64,000 bases of DNA from Eledone cirrhosa. Its lineage: Eukaryota. The first letter of the stretch is position 1. Each line of letters begins with the position of its first letter. Positions 29,674-45,516 of the stretch are shown in pieces. Position numbers and translations under genes: made by a program. The stretch covers positions 305,226,001 through 305,290,000 of the forward strand of contig OZ024742.1 in NCBI GenBank assembly GCA_964016885.1, written 5' to 3'. The notes below the pieces were generated by a model that saw nothing but the letters and a program-made list of their open reading frames with translations, was not told where the DNA came from and ran no database searches.

Positions 29674-30816
29674 ATGCATATATGTTATGTATGTCTATAT
29701 GTATGTGTGTATGTATGTATGTATGTATGTATGTATGTATGTATGTATATACGTATGTATATGCGTATGTATATAGGTATGTATATATGTCTGTCTTTAT
29801 GTATATGTATGTATATATGTGTGTACAGGTATATGTATATGTATGAATGTATATATGTATATAGGTATGTATATATGTATATTATGTATGTATGTATGTA
29901 TTAATGTATGTATGTCTGTCTTTATGTATGTATGTTTGTATGCATATATGGCCATTCAAGAAGTTTTATTTTTGCATTCAGAAAATAGATATCAAAAGAT
30001 AAAAAAACAAATTTGTATTCACTTGTAGCGTATAACAACTACAACAGACGTTGATGAATCATACAAAATACGGCTGAATGGAGAAATTTTTCCGATGTTT
30101 TACCTTCAAAAATTGATTTTGTTTTATGATCTCGTTGTTGTTTTATTTAAATATATATTTCTAAAAAGAAAATATCAAAAAATAGACATCATCACCATAT
30201 CCCATCAATATATTGATTACTGAGTTCGATACGATTCGAAACCAATGACATGTCTCCTAATTTCCTACGGCCTCGTTTCCGTTTTAAGAAACTTCATCGA
30301 AGACAACATGGTTGTCAGCAATGTCTGATAAACGCCATTACAAACTTAAGAGAGAGTTCGCACACATATGTCTCTCTTTATAGCTTTCTTTACTTTTTTC
30401 TTTTTTATTCATTTCTTCTCCTTCTTTCTTCATTTATTCCTAATTTATTTCTTCTTCTTCTTCTTCTTCTTCTTCTTCTTCTTCTTCTTCTTCTTCTTCT
30501 TCTTCTTCTTCTTCTTCTTCTTCTTCTTCTCGTTTTATTTGTTATTATTATTCACTTTTATTTACTGTATTTTTGTGTTTCCCTTTCGTTTTTTTTCTTT
30601 CTATTTTCTTTTATGTTCTGCTTAAATGTCTTTACAAAACCTATTTTTTCTTTTTTCGGTTCTCATGTTTATTTATTTGTCTTTTACTTTTTTTTTAAAT
30701 ACTTTTTATTTGTCATATGGTTTTTGTTTGTTCGACTACATTCATTTGAATGTTGTTCGTCTTTATATGTTTTTTTTTTTGCTGTTAGTGTTACTGTTAT
30801 TGTTGTTGTTGTTATC

Positions 30817-30847
<31 letters not shown>

Positions 30848-31459
30848 TTTCGTACCGACGTGACCCTGCAGACAAGGAAATGAAATACGTTTAACTTTAC
30901 CGAAGAAGATGAATAGAAGAGAAAGCAGGACTTTCGGACGATGTTCACTTTCTTAGATTATTGATCTTATTGTTTAGCTTCATTTCGGGAGTGACTTTTA
31001 TATTTATATTTATTATTACTTTTTTTTTTTCATTTTTCATTTCACACACCCCAACCCGCGATTCGAAATAGAAAGAATTACACATATACTAACTCAGCAA
31101 CAACAAATATAAAAAAAGTAACAAGAAATTGATCATCATCATCGACAACAACAATCAAATGAACGTATGAAAAGAGCAAAACAAAATATATAGGTGAGGC
31201 CTAACGGAACCAAAATAAGACAAGGGTGAAAGAGTAGTTTAGAAAATAAGAGAGGGTGACAGAGAGAAAGAGAGATTGGAGGAGATTGAGAGAAAAAATG
31301 AGAGAGAGGAAGAGGAGATGGAGTTAGGAAAATAGCAACGACCGAGTAGAACGAAATAGGATGTAAAAAGAGTGAAAGGAAAAAAAGAATGCTTTGAAGG
31401 AAATAAAATGAAAGAATAAACCAAGCAAAAACTAATAGCAGGTAGCAGAACCGTAGAAA

Positions 31460-31589
<130 letters not shown>

Positions 31590-31604
31590 TACATATATAT
31601 GTAT

Positions 31605-31644
<40 letters not shown>

Positions 31645-32207
31645 TTATATACACACATACACACATACATACACACAAACACACACACACACACATATAT
31701 ATGTGTATGTATATATGTTATGTGAGAGAAGGAAGTGTAAGGAAAATAGAGAGTTAGATGGGTGAAACGTAAAGGAGACCGAGAGAAATACCTTCGTAGA
31801 TTACTCAATAAAAGGAATGGAGACACTTAACATGATGCCTAAGCCAGAACGATTCCATGTCTTGTTCATGATGCATAGATTCCCTCAGATTCTCCTGATG
31901 AATTGAAAATATTGATTAATTAAATGTAATGCTGTTGTGAACTTCCCCGACCCTTCAATTTTAGTAAATTGAAATTTTTTTGAAAACGTCCCATAACATT
32001 AGGATGAAAGAATTTAAATTGGTCTGAAATCAAACATATTGTCTTCATATTTCCATCGCTTAGTGTGGAGGATATACAATATCCATGGGACTTTTCTGAG
32101 TACTCATAAACTGGTATCGGGTAGGAAAGAAGGTCTCATCAAACCTGAGCCCAATATAGAGAAAGAAATGTGTAAATATATAGCCAAATAATGTCGTATG
32201 TTTGTGC

Positions 32208-32243
<36 letters not shown>

Positions 32244-32471
32244 GAGAAATGCGGATGCGTGTTTAAATGCAACTGCAAGGGAGTGAGAGAGTGGATGTGT
32301 GTCTGTGAGAAAGAGAGAGAGAGAGGGGGGAGAGATGAGTTATGTGCGGGCGTGTAAATTTGGAGAATATAAAAATATGAACGGTCATATATTTAGGAAA
32401 TTCCCTATGACATTATTTCGTGAAACAAGTTTTTGCCGTAACCGTCCAAGTAGAGTTTTTATACTTAAGCG

Positions 32472-33755
<1,284 letters not shown>

Positions 33756-33897
33756 TTTATAAATTTATTATAATAAATTGAAGTGAAAGCAACTGGTGCG
33801 TGTGTTTCTTATTGGCAACATGACCCTCCCAAAGTATAACAATATCGGTTTTAACACACGTTTTCAGATAAAGAATCTTGCTAAACAAATTCAGAAA

Positions 33898-33951
<54 letters not shown>

Positions 33952-33954
33952 ATA

Positions 33955-34260
33955 TATATATATATGAATGTATATATAGTGTATTTTGCAATACACTGTA
34001 TGCTCAATTAAAAGCATTTCGAAGACCTTACGCTATTGTTTTCAGCAAACAGGGGAGATAAAGCTGACAGAGCTCTGTTTCGCACTTTTTCGTGCTTAGT
34101 ACTCCGCGGAGTACTTAGCTTTGATAAGCCCTGTTTGCTGAAAATTAAAGTAATCGAGACTATCACTACTCTAAAACAAAAGCGTAAGGTCTTCGAAATG
34201 CTTTTAATTAAGCATACAGTGTATTGCAAAATACACTGTATATACATTCATATATATATA
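33955..34260. repeat. Nested inverted repeat (outer ~88 bp arms, inner 16 bp arms)
   Basis: Outer arms 33955-34042 / 34173-34260; inner ttttcagcaaacaggg 34039-34054 / ccctgtttgctgaaaa 34129-34144. Confidence 0.9.
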
Positions 34261-34406
34261 TCGCTATTTCAGAGCACCAATTCTAATATATATATATATA
34301 TATGTATGTGGCTATGTATGGGACAGAGTTGTGTCTGTGTATAATTAACGCATTTATGAGTAAACAAAAGGGAGATTGTTCAATCAATACACACACACAC
34401 ACAAAC

Positions 34407-34510
<104 letters not shown>

Positions 34511-35132
34511 ATGTGTATGTATTTATATATATATATATATATATCATGAGAGAGTGAGAGCAAGAGATAAAGAGTGAAATATACTTCATTTACATTTTTG
34601 CCCCTCCTTACCGCACCCACAAAATAAACATTGAATAAGTAAATAAATTTTAAAAAAAAGCAAAACGCAAACTAACACAAAAACAACAAGAATAATAAGC
34701 CTGTTATTCAAATATGTACTCACATTCTAATTTCAATATTTGAAAATATAGAAATCTATGTTGGATATAATTCTTCCCTGGCTAACATTAAACAAACAGC
34801 TCATTCATTTTCTATATTTGTTAACTCTCCTAAAATTAGGAATTTCAATCACCATGTCATTCTTCAATTGTGCTGTAAATAATTTATTTTAACACCTTAT
34901 ATTTATGTTTACATAGTCGTCTAATACAGATTTTATGTTTGTAAAAGCTAAATTTTATTCATATTATTTATCTTTTAATTCTTTTTTCATTAATTATTTG
35001 TTTCTTTTACATCAATTTTTATTCAATCCATGTTAGAATTCGATTTTTAAAAAGTAAAGAAAATATTTCGCACAATGGTTGAAAGTAGAATGTGATGTGC
35101 TCATTTTTTCTGTTTCATATATATGTATTCGT

Positions 35133-35178
<46 letters not shown>

Positions 35179-35186
35179 CCACACAC

Positions 35187-35333
<147 letters not shown>

Positions 35334-36077
35334 TCCTGTTATAAAATTGGACGTAAATATATACCTGATATTGATCTGGAGTCAATAAATCGAACCAAAT
35401 TAGATGACAGTTTTAAAACTAGCGAACAATATCATTTTTCTTTGAATATGAACACAGCTGTTTTCGTTAAATTTTCGTATTGCATCAAGAGACTCTCAGC
35501 TGACCGACTCGACATAACATCGGATATTGGCTGGAATATTGACAGGCCATATCACTGCTCTCTTAGGAAAATCATTATTTTTAAATGTCGGCTGATACGT
35601 TATTTGTAGCTATAAAATGTGACAAACGAAATTCTTTTATGCACCAGATTTACATTATTTCTGCGTTGCTCTTGTTGGGTTCCGCGAGTATTAGTTTCAT
35701 TTTGGCCAACAGAAGGGTCAGTTTTAAGGATCAGTGATTATTTAATGTCAGTGTGCTCAGCAGGTTTCAACCCTGACCCAGTAGATGTGACTAAATGTAC
35801 AGTTATAAATATCTCAATGGTTTGTGTACCAGGACTACAGCGTTCATTGTTACGTTATAAAATGTCATTTGAGAGGAATGTGGCAGCTGTTTCTACTAGG
35901 ACAAGTATCTATGTAAAATATAACAGAAATATTTAACCTCGATCGTAGATAACGTCATTAAACCGTGCTTTATGACCCATTCTTGACGATTGAAGGCAGA
36001 CGTATGTGCCAAGCTCGTCTGTCTTCGTGAAACCTTTGGTAAATATAATAATTATCTTATGTTGTTTATTACATAAC

Positions 36078-36151
36078 TATAAAGCTCTGTAGCCTACATA
36101 TTTCCGTAGGAAAAGTAAAGGAAAAGAGAGTGCTCTATGTAGGCTACAGAG

Positions 36152-36158
<7 letters not shown>
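36078..36158. repeat. Short inverted repeat (23 bp arms) abutting (TA)n
   Basis: tataaagctctgtagcctacata / tatgtaggctacagagctttata. Confidence 0.85.
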
Positions 36159-36211
<53 letters not shown>

Positions 36212-39200
36212 CCCTGTGATAAACAGGCGAAACTGCAAAGGAACGGGACCCACTATGTAGCTTTAATAAAAGGAATTTGTGTTTATGTGTTTGTTTACGA
36301 AGTTTGGTCAAACAGAATAAGACTGTTTTTAGGCTTCGGGGAGTGTTTTTTTTTGGGGGGGGGGGGGGGGGGTTTAGAGCGATTTGGCTCTTCTCAAAGA
36401 TTTAGGAGGCTGAGAGGTTTTCATTATGAGAAGGAGCCGTGAGATAGTCTTGCGTCCTCACACAACATGACTGAACAATGCTACGACTGATCTCCCACCA
36501 TTCCCATTAAACGTGTAGGAAATGTGTATCAAATAAATCTATTCAGTAATTGTTATTGTTTAACACCAGGTCAGTGTGATCTAGCTCATACATGTCCAAA
36601 GACAATCCAACAAAAACTATGTCGTGTTTTCAGAATACCATGACAACATGTATTAAGGCGGAAGAGATCTTTTTGGAATTTAAAAACACACCAAAGCTGT
36701 TACACTTTAGTTTACATTTATCATTTATTTCTTACTGTAAAACTTTTCGTGACACTGTCTGAAATCTGGTCACATTTTAACAGTTTCGTTTGTTTTAAAA
36801 TGAGTTACATGAGGTTTCCATATATTAATTATTTTACTTTCAATACATGTCCTCAGACATTTTCCTGAATAGTACAATCTTTTTTCCCTGTATTTTTTAA
36901 ATAACACTTGCCCAAGATTCCACGCTAGTGTACCGCACACAGAATCTAATGCTTGTGAAATGAACCTCTTAACCATTCAGCCATATTGTGTCCATAAGTT
37001 GTTTTCACAAGAATTCCATATGCTGTTGTTACATGCCGAATATATTTCATTATCCACCATTTATTTAATTCCGTTCAATTTCCTGCTATTGTTAACCAGA
37101 ATCAAGTAATTTCCACTAGAGTCAAATCTCTGTTACTTTATTGTGGAAGAATGTTATAACTGAGTTGAGCGAAGTATTTTATAAATAATTATTTTCTCGG
37201 TTTCCGAAAATTATTGTTGTTGTTGTTGTTTAACCCAATGTCAATTGAATTGATCTATAATCAAATGATTCCAACGAAAGACATTCCAGTCATTCTTTAT
37301 AGGATTGTATTATCTCATATCTGCTTCTCATTGTAAAACAATAAATTGTCACTTAAGGGGAAATGTAACAGAATCGCGTCGAGCAATGCCCAACATTATA
37401 TATCTTGCCTCTTTACAGGCAGAGATCTAATTCCGCTAATGTCACTTTACCTTTCATAATACCTGGTTCGATAACATAAAGTACCAATCTAGTACTGGGA
37501 CCGTTGTAATTCACTTTCCCCTTTTCCTAAATTATGCAGAAATTTGATACTAGTATTATTCAGTTGAAAAATCTGAAGAGAAAGGCATAAAGATGAGAAA
37601 TTCTCCTTTTTGCCGCTGTTGGTCTGGGAGAAGTAAAGACACATCAAAACATCCATTTCCTGCAACTATCGAAACTAATAGAACATTTATTGAAAAGTAA
37701 TGTTTATCACAGAAGGTTAAGCAAATGTGACCATCGTACTTATGTATACTTACTTTGTTTAATTACATGTGTATTCTGTATGTGCGTGAGTGCTACGTAT
37801 AGCTGTGCGTGCGTACGAGTGAAAAGGTGTGTGTGTGTGTGTATGTATATGTGTATGTGCGTGCGTGTGTTGATGTGCCACTGTGTGTAGGAGTGAGTGA
37901 GAGAGGGAGTGTTTGTGAATCAGTGCGTGTATATGTATATATGAGTGTATTTGTATATGTCTGTTTATATGGATAAATGTGTGCGATAACTCGGAACGAT
38001 CCTGAAGGTATATTTACTGATTAAAAAAGAAAAATCACTCACAATGCCAGAGAAAGTTGGATTTCCCAGCATGATATATATTTTAATCCAACAAAATTTC
38101 CGCTGGGCTGTCTATTTACAACGAATGAGTTTACATGAGGCTAAGTCGCCAACTGGAGTTCTTTCTGCTTTCAAATGGAAAACATCTCTGTAGGAAGCCA
38201 TGACATCGTTTCAAAGGCACAGTAAAATGAATGATGATCAGGAGAAACGTTAATACCGTGGTGAAGAGGGCAGCTCTCCATAAACAGGACTGCCTCCAGT
38301 AGATGCTTTGCACCCGGTATGTCAACTGATTGATAGCTATAGTCAGTGGCTCATTGGCCAGTGAAACCACGCTCACATCCACACATACGCACACACATAC
38401 GTATTCACACATACACACATATACACACAAACAAACACACACGCACACAAATACATTAACACACATATGCACACAAACACACAAACACATACACACACAA
38501 ACATACACACACATACATAGACACATATGCACAAGCCCACACACACACCTATACACGCATTAGAAAAACATACACATATGCAGACGCGTATACACACGCA
38601 CTCACTCGCATATACACACATACACATACATACATACATATACATACATGCACGTGCACGGGTACGTGTGTGTGTAGCGTCAATCCACTTAAATAATAGC
38701 GCGCAAACAAGTCCATTATGTCATATTCAGTCGCTGCACAGTTGTCCCTAGCAACTAATGTGACCTTAACTAAGCATTGTTTTGGTACTGCGTGTGTGTG
38801 TGTGTGTGTGTGAAATGGGTGTATGGTGTGTGAGGGTGACTGTATGTGTGCGTATGGCTCTGTGTGTTTGCATGTGGCTCTGTGTGCGCGTTTGTTCTAT
38901 GTATGTGTGTATGTGTGCGTGTGGTTCTGTGTGTGTATGCCACTGTATTTGTGCGTGTAGATCTGTGTGAGGGTGCCTGTGTGACTGTATGAGTGCGTGT
39001 AGTTCTTATTGTGCGTGTGTATGTCAAGATATGTGGCTGTGTGTGGCTGTGTATGTCTCAGTGGCTAGGCTACGTACGAGTGTCTGTCACTGTATATGTT
39101 GCTCTTTGTGGCTGTGTATGTGTCGCTCTGTGTGGCTGTATGTATGTATGTGTAAATATGTGGCTGTTTGCATTAGTGTGGCTATTTGTTTTCATCTGCT

Positions 39201-40051
39201 ACAACATTATGTAGTAGTTAGTTACCTTTCCTTCATTTTAAAGGCTCAAATACCATTTCCTTCCATTCCAGTAATATATTTAATGCTTTATAAAGATCTA
39301 CAGAACAACATAATCTTTAAAAACAACAACAAAAACAACAATAAGACTATCTATAAGAAAAACAACTATTGTTATATTTCAAATAACAAATAAGGAAGGT
39401 TAGTTGAATCTATAGGGCATCTGACAAACAAGGATTAAGAGATCCTGCTGCATATTTACCATTTCTTCAACTCATTATATATATTTCGGTATTTATATTT
39501 ACAAAGAATTAGAATAATAAATGTCGACTTAAGTAAGAATCACCATGTAAGAATCACCATTACGACTTGTTGATTCCATGTTTACATCTCGAGATCAAGA
39601 TAACAATGAAATAAATCAATAGAACATCCCCTGCGTAGAACAATGGAATAAACCTTCACCGTTTTCGACGATGAGTGTTCCAGTTGTTCGATCTACAGAA
39701 CAGTCAGATAACGATAATAAATTGTAAGTGGCAGAGCATTTCATTTACATGTGTATCATCGAAATTCAGTTTGACACAGTGTTTGACAAGAATGTCTCTT
39801 TGAATTACAGCTACAGTCAATGCGACGGTCTTCCACACAGTTATACAATCCCACCCACAAAGCTTAGTCCCATTCGAGTTATATATATATAAATATATAG
39901 ACACATATGATTCGTTTGAGGTGAAACAAATTGTTTTCGGAAAAATGGTGTAAGTGTTGTGGAATTACTGTTGTGGAATTACTTCTATCAAACTCGTCCC
40001 ATGGACTGACTGCTCTACTACTGCGGATATAACGCGCAATTGTTCTACCAC

Positions 40052-40099
<48 letters not shown>

Positions 40100-40136
40100 C
40101 TTTTCTGTACGGTGTTTATAAATTACAACACCCTCA

Positions 40137-40231
<95 letters not shown>

Positions 40232-40376
40232 AGTTGACGGACCCAGCATATTTATCAATGCCAGGACCGGTTATAACTCAGAAGCCATTTCTATATTAAA
40301 AATGTATACTCTGCTATGTATTGAGTACCTTACTTACTGTGGTTACCCCAGATTGAACCCGGGATACACATATCTA

Positions 40377-40495
<119 letters not shown>

Positions 40496-40541
40496 ATATC
40501 TATCTATCTATCTATCTATCTATATATATATATATAGATAG

Positions 40542-40642
<101 letters not shown>

Positions 40643-41851
40643 AAATTCTGAGTTTGGGAATGTCTGTGGTCGGCGTTTGATTTGCCGAATTTTGAGGATG
40701 GGAGAGGTATGGATTGGGGGGGGGGGGGGGATTAATGAGTGCAGGCTGGAGTTCGTATTTTGGTGAGTGGTTTTGGTCTGATTGGAACAATAACGGTCTT
40801 ATTTACCTATATACCTATATGTACATACATATGCATATGTGTGTGTGTCTGTGTGTGTCTGTGTGTGTCTGTGTGTGTCTGTGTGTGTGTATGTGTATGC
40901 TTGTGTGGTGTGTGTGTGTGGATTTGCAGTTGAAACCTGTCACTAACCTGGTTCAAAATAGCTTTAGAATTAAGAAATAAATGATAAGCGTAAAATAAAT
41001 TTAACATCAGAGTGTAGTTTGAATAAAGACTTACATATCGTATGATTAACAAATATATATTCAATCGCTCTGTGAAAATACTACCTATAGCATAAGGATT
41101 GCTTCACTAGTTTTGTACTTGTTAATGCTCGTCAGTGATCTGGACTGCCAAGGATAGGAAGAATATATCTTCACATGAAAACAGTAAACAAACTTCAGGT
41201 GAGCTGAAGTTTATGATCAATTATAAGCACTAATAAATATCAACTAATAAGATACACTTCTTAACTCACGAACGTCTAGTTATGTCTAATTACTTCACAG
41301 CGTAACTCAATATATGTTCATTAAACATATTATACTTGTAAATAATCATTGAACTGTCAACTAAAGCTTAGAAAATATAGAAAGTCTCTAACGCAGGAAA
41401 ATAACTGTGAACATGGAGTAAAATACCCATATAGACGGAACAATTAGGCAAGCAACCACTGTATAGAATCGAAAAGTATTTCTTTTAAATTCCGTCTGAG
41501 CAATCTGAAACAGTAAGCTGACGACAGATTCCGTCATAAATAAAGCTAAATATTAGCTTTTCAATATGAAAGTCTTTATAAAAAAATCATTGAAGCGTCG
41601 AATGTGTCGAAATGTTTAGAAAATGTAGAAATATAGATCACAGAAATGTAGCTGTGAACACAGCTTAGAACATCGGGTAAAATATCGCTATAATCGGGAA
41701 AAGTGGTCAGCAGCCGCTACACTGTACATCATAAATTCCGACAGAGCACTATATACTATGGAGCTAGTCGGCCTCATTTTCTAAACTGTGTGCACAGCTA
41801 TTTTCTTGCGTTCGAGATTTTCTACAATTTCTAAGCATATTGTACATGATT

Positions 41852-41924
<73 letters not shown>

Positions 41925-42268
41925 GTGTGTGTTCAACAATGTGACTGACTGCTTGGAAGGTTTTCACGCTCTCAGGTTTTCGTTTATTTGCTGTTCGTTA
42001 TTGCTTTTGTAGTTTAGCCCTAGGTCAAACCTCTTCCTACATAACTCCAGTCAACAATATCCCCGAGGTGATAATCGCATCTTTTAGTATATAACCTCAA
42101 GAATTATACTATTCAACATGTCGTTCCGATTCATTCAAATGTAGGACATGGTTTGAAGAATTACTGCTATTTTACATTGATTTGGAATTTCTCAATAGGG
42201 CCGATGTAGGAGTTTGGTACACATTGCCATACTTAACTTGTATTGTTTATGGGTAAACAGCACATTAA

Positions 42269-42489
42269 CCCTTTAGCAATTAAACCGGCCATATCCGGCC
42301 AGAATTCACTCATCTCTTTCTGTTCAAACTGGCCGTAACTGGCCACTCATACTTATGTTAAGGTATTTTTCTCAAAATAAATAATATCAAAATCTCATAA
42401 ATTCGATATTATGTGAGATAATTATGTGAGGTAAAGCCTTTACCAAGAAAATATAAGAGTAAATATGGAGTAATGTAAATGCTAAAGGG
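42269..42489. mobile_element. piggyBac-like MITE
   Basis: TTAA-ccctttagca ... tgctaaaggg-TTAA. Confidence 0.8.
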
Positions 42490-42985
42490 TTAAAGTTAGT
42501 CAGTTGTTGTTGGTGTTATTGCTATTGATATGTATCCCAAATCGTCCCTAACCGAGCGGTCATATGGTCAAATACATTCTCGCCATAGCCTTTCAGTCTT
42601 GTTTTTAATGATGATTTGCTGTAATTTTTAAACAGTTTCTATTCCCTATTTAATTACATTTAGAATCCATTTAAGATGATAACTTTCTATGATAATTGAT
42701 GAAAATAGCAAAGATCGTTATATTCATTTTCACCTAATTACTATGAAAGGTAACGATTTCCTATCATGTTTATGAGTACCTATGATTCCATAAGATAACC
42801 ACACACATACACAGACATATATATGTTTGTACATATGTATATATATGTTTGTACATATGTATCTATTGTACATATGTATCTATCTATCGTCCCTCTTTAT
42901 ATATGTGTGTGTGTATATATATATATTTATTTATTTATTTATATGGGGGTATACAGACACACACGCACGCACGCACACACACGCG

Positions 42986-43036
<51 letters not shown>

Positions 43037-43152
43037 TCACTCACACACACACACACACACACGCGCGCGCGCGCATGTATATATTTTTATTATGATTTTA
43101 ATGAATCAATCTTAGGTTTTTGGTGACGACATTATATATATATATACATATT

Positions 43153-43210
<58 letters not shown>

Positions 43211-43344
43211 GACGTGTGTATATATATATATATAACCAAAGATTAGTATCGTTCGTTGAATACTCAATGAATACAATTTTACAATAGATTAGACGCACTC
43301 AACAGAGGTTTTCCTAGAGTAAAAACTAACATAATAATAGCGAA

Positions 43345-43975
43345 TTAAATAGACTCTCTTATTCAACAACTATGAATATTGCTCAAAATATAGCAAAAAT
43401 AAATAGTAAAAATCTTAATTTGAACCAACCTTTAATTAGCAATAATAACAATAATAATAACAATATATTAGTTAATGGGAATAACAATAATAATAGTTTA
43501 AACATGAATAATAGTAGAACACCTTTAAATAATAATGTGAATAGTTTAAAGTCTGTAAATAACATTGAGAAGAAATGTAATTGTAGAAAGAAGTCTGAAT
43601 GTCCTTAACAAAATAATTGCCTTGACAGGAATCTAGTATATAAATGTACCATTAAGACAAATAATAATATATGTAACTACATTGGTGCCACTTCATCTAA
43701 ATTTAAGGAACGTTGGTTTAATCATAGACAATCTTTCAGTAAACCAGATAAGAAATGTTCAACTTCACTTTCACAATTAATATGGTCTTTAAAGGACAAT
43801 AATATTAAATATTCCATCTCTTGGACCAAATTAAAGATGGCTACCCCTATCGAAACTCAACTATTTCGCAAAATTGCAATCTTTGTAACCTTGAGACTCT
43901 ACAGATAATTACAAATTAAGACAATTTAATCAACAAAAAAAAAATGAATTATTTAGTAGTTGTCACCATAAAATT
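43345..43975 (+). pseudogene. Naiad/Penelope GIY-YIG endonuclease remnant
   Basis: LSYSTTMNIAQNIAKIN...KCNCRKKSECP*QNNCLDRNLVYKC...YIGATSSKFKERWFNHRQSF...STSLSQLIWSLK...ISW, then after frameshifts CNLCNLE and ELFSSCHH. TAA at 43606-43608 replaces the expected Leu. Confidence 0.85.
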
Positions 43976-44177
43976 GGTAAAAGTTTCCAGGCAATGTACA
44001 AGTTTTCGAAAAATTATTGACAATTAATAATTTAATATATATATAAGTTTTTGCCTTATCGTAGTAATAATTTATTAATATTTATATGTTTAGAATAATC
44101 TCATTGTCTCGTTATCCTATGTTTTGATTAGGACAGTTCAATATGTAATTAGACATCATTTATGTTATATACAATAG

Positions 44178-44369
44178 GGCGGTGGATTGGCAGTATCGGT
44201 AGAGGGTCGGACGCCATGCTTTGCAGCAAAGAGTTACTTCCCTTTACGGACTGAGTTCAAATCCCGCCGAGGTTAACTTTGCCTTTCATCCTTACGGGGT
44301 CGATAAAATAAAGTACCAGTAATACACTGGGATAATTGCTGGCCTTGTGCCAAAGAGTAGAAACAATTT
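44178..44369 (+). mobile_element. SINE family 1 nested in the Penelope element
   Basis: Near-consensus copy; TSD tatatacaatag at 44166-44177 and 44374-44385. Confidence 0.9.
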
Positions 44370-45462
44370 ATGATATATACAATAGATGATTTACGGTTTT
44401 CGAAATATCGCGGAACGTGAGAGTAGAGATGTTATAAATGTTTGTATATGGTGAATGAGTTATCTTCCTTTTGTTTACATTGTCCGTAAAAATTTCTTTT
44501 CTTTTGACTAGCTTGAAATATGTAGATTAATAATATATAGACTATCATTAAAAGGAAACTATATATCAAAATAAGTAAATACAGAAGTAAATATAACCTA
44601 TCATTAATGTAACAACTTTTGAGAGTAAACGTAACTGCAGTTTAATCCTAGGAATTAAATGAAAATTAAAGAATAGTAAGATTTTATGAAGAGAATATCA
44701 TAATTAAATTAAATAATTTGGGTAATAACTGATCTAAATATATTATATGTATTGATGGTGATATATGCATGGTATTAGATTTTAATACATATTTAATAAT
44801 TATTTAAATACGCTTTAAAGATTAATTCTTTTAAAGTTGTAACAAAATCTATACTGATTAATTTTGGTTTAATATATAAGTATAATTAGCTAAAGCATAA
44901 TCAAATACAAAAGATACTCAATTGATTATGTAAATTGATTGGCTGTCCTATTTGATCTAGCATTTGAAAACAACGGTTTTTTTCTCTATCCCCCTCTATC
45001 TGATGTTCCCTTATTTTTTTATTTATTTTCTTTACCCCCCTCTGTTCCCTTTATGTTCCCCACACCTTCCCTCTTTTGTCGTTATTCCTCTTTTCTTTTT
45101 TATATATTTATTTACTCATTCATCCATTTAATTTTTATTTATTTATCTATTTATGTATGTATTTATTTATTATTTTTTCTTGCCTTTCCTCTTCTTTACA
45201 CCCTCTCTCATATCTCTAATTTGCTCTACGTCCTTTTTTTCTTTAAGTTTATCGTATTATTTGTGGTATATAAACATTGAGATTTGATGAAATAAATTAC
45301 TGCCAATACTGGAATTGAACAATCAAGATCGTAGCGGTATATCAAATCATATATTTTGTCTGATGAAGACGTACTGAAAAAACAACACTACCTCTGAAAT
45401 ATATATAATAAAGTATATATTCTGATTATGAGAATACTTTTCATTTGTTAATATTTTGAATA

Positions 45463-45516
<54 letters not shown>

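Larger units (their letters stand above)
43233..45464 (+). mobile_element. 5'-truncated Penelope-like element (Naiad-type GIY-YIG) with inverted 5' piece, in (TA)n
   Basis: Endonuclease remnant, long AT-rich 3' region and pLTR with hammerhead-like core at 45360-45379. 45260-45464 is homologous to 24365-24580 and 43233-43321 to 23641-23731. (TA)n on both sides. Confidence 0.82.

Noticed and set aside
43606-43608. In-frame stop in the Naiad endonuclease as possible selenocysteine recoding (reported for some Naiads)
   Set aside because: The codon is TAA at a Leu position, not TGA at a Cys, and frameshifts follow; ordinary decay.
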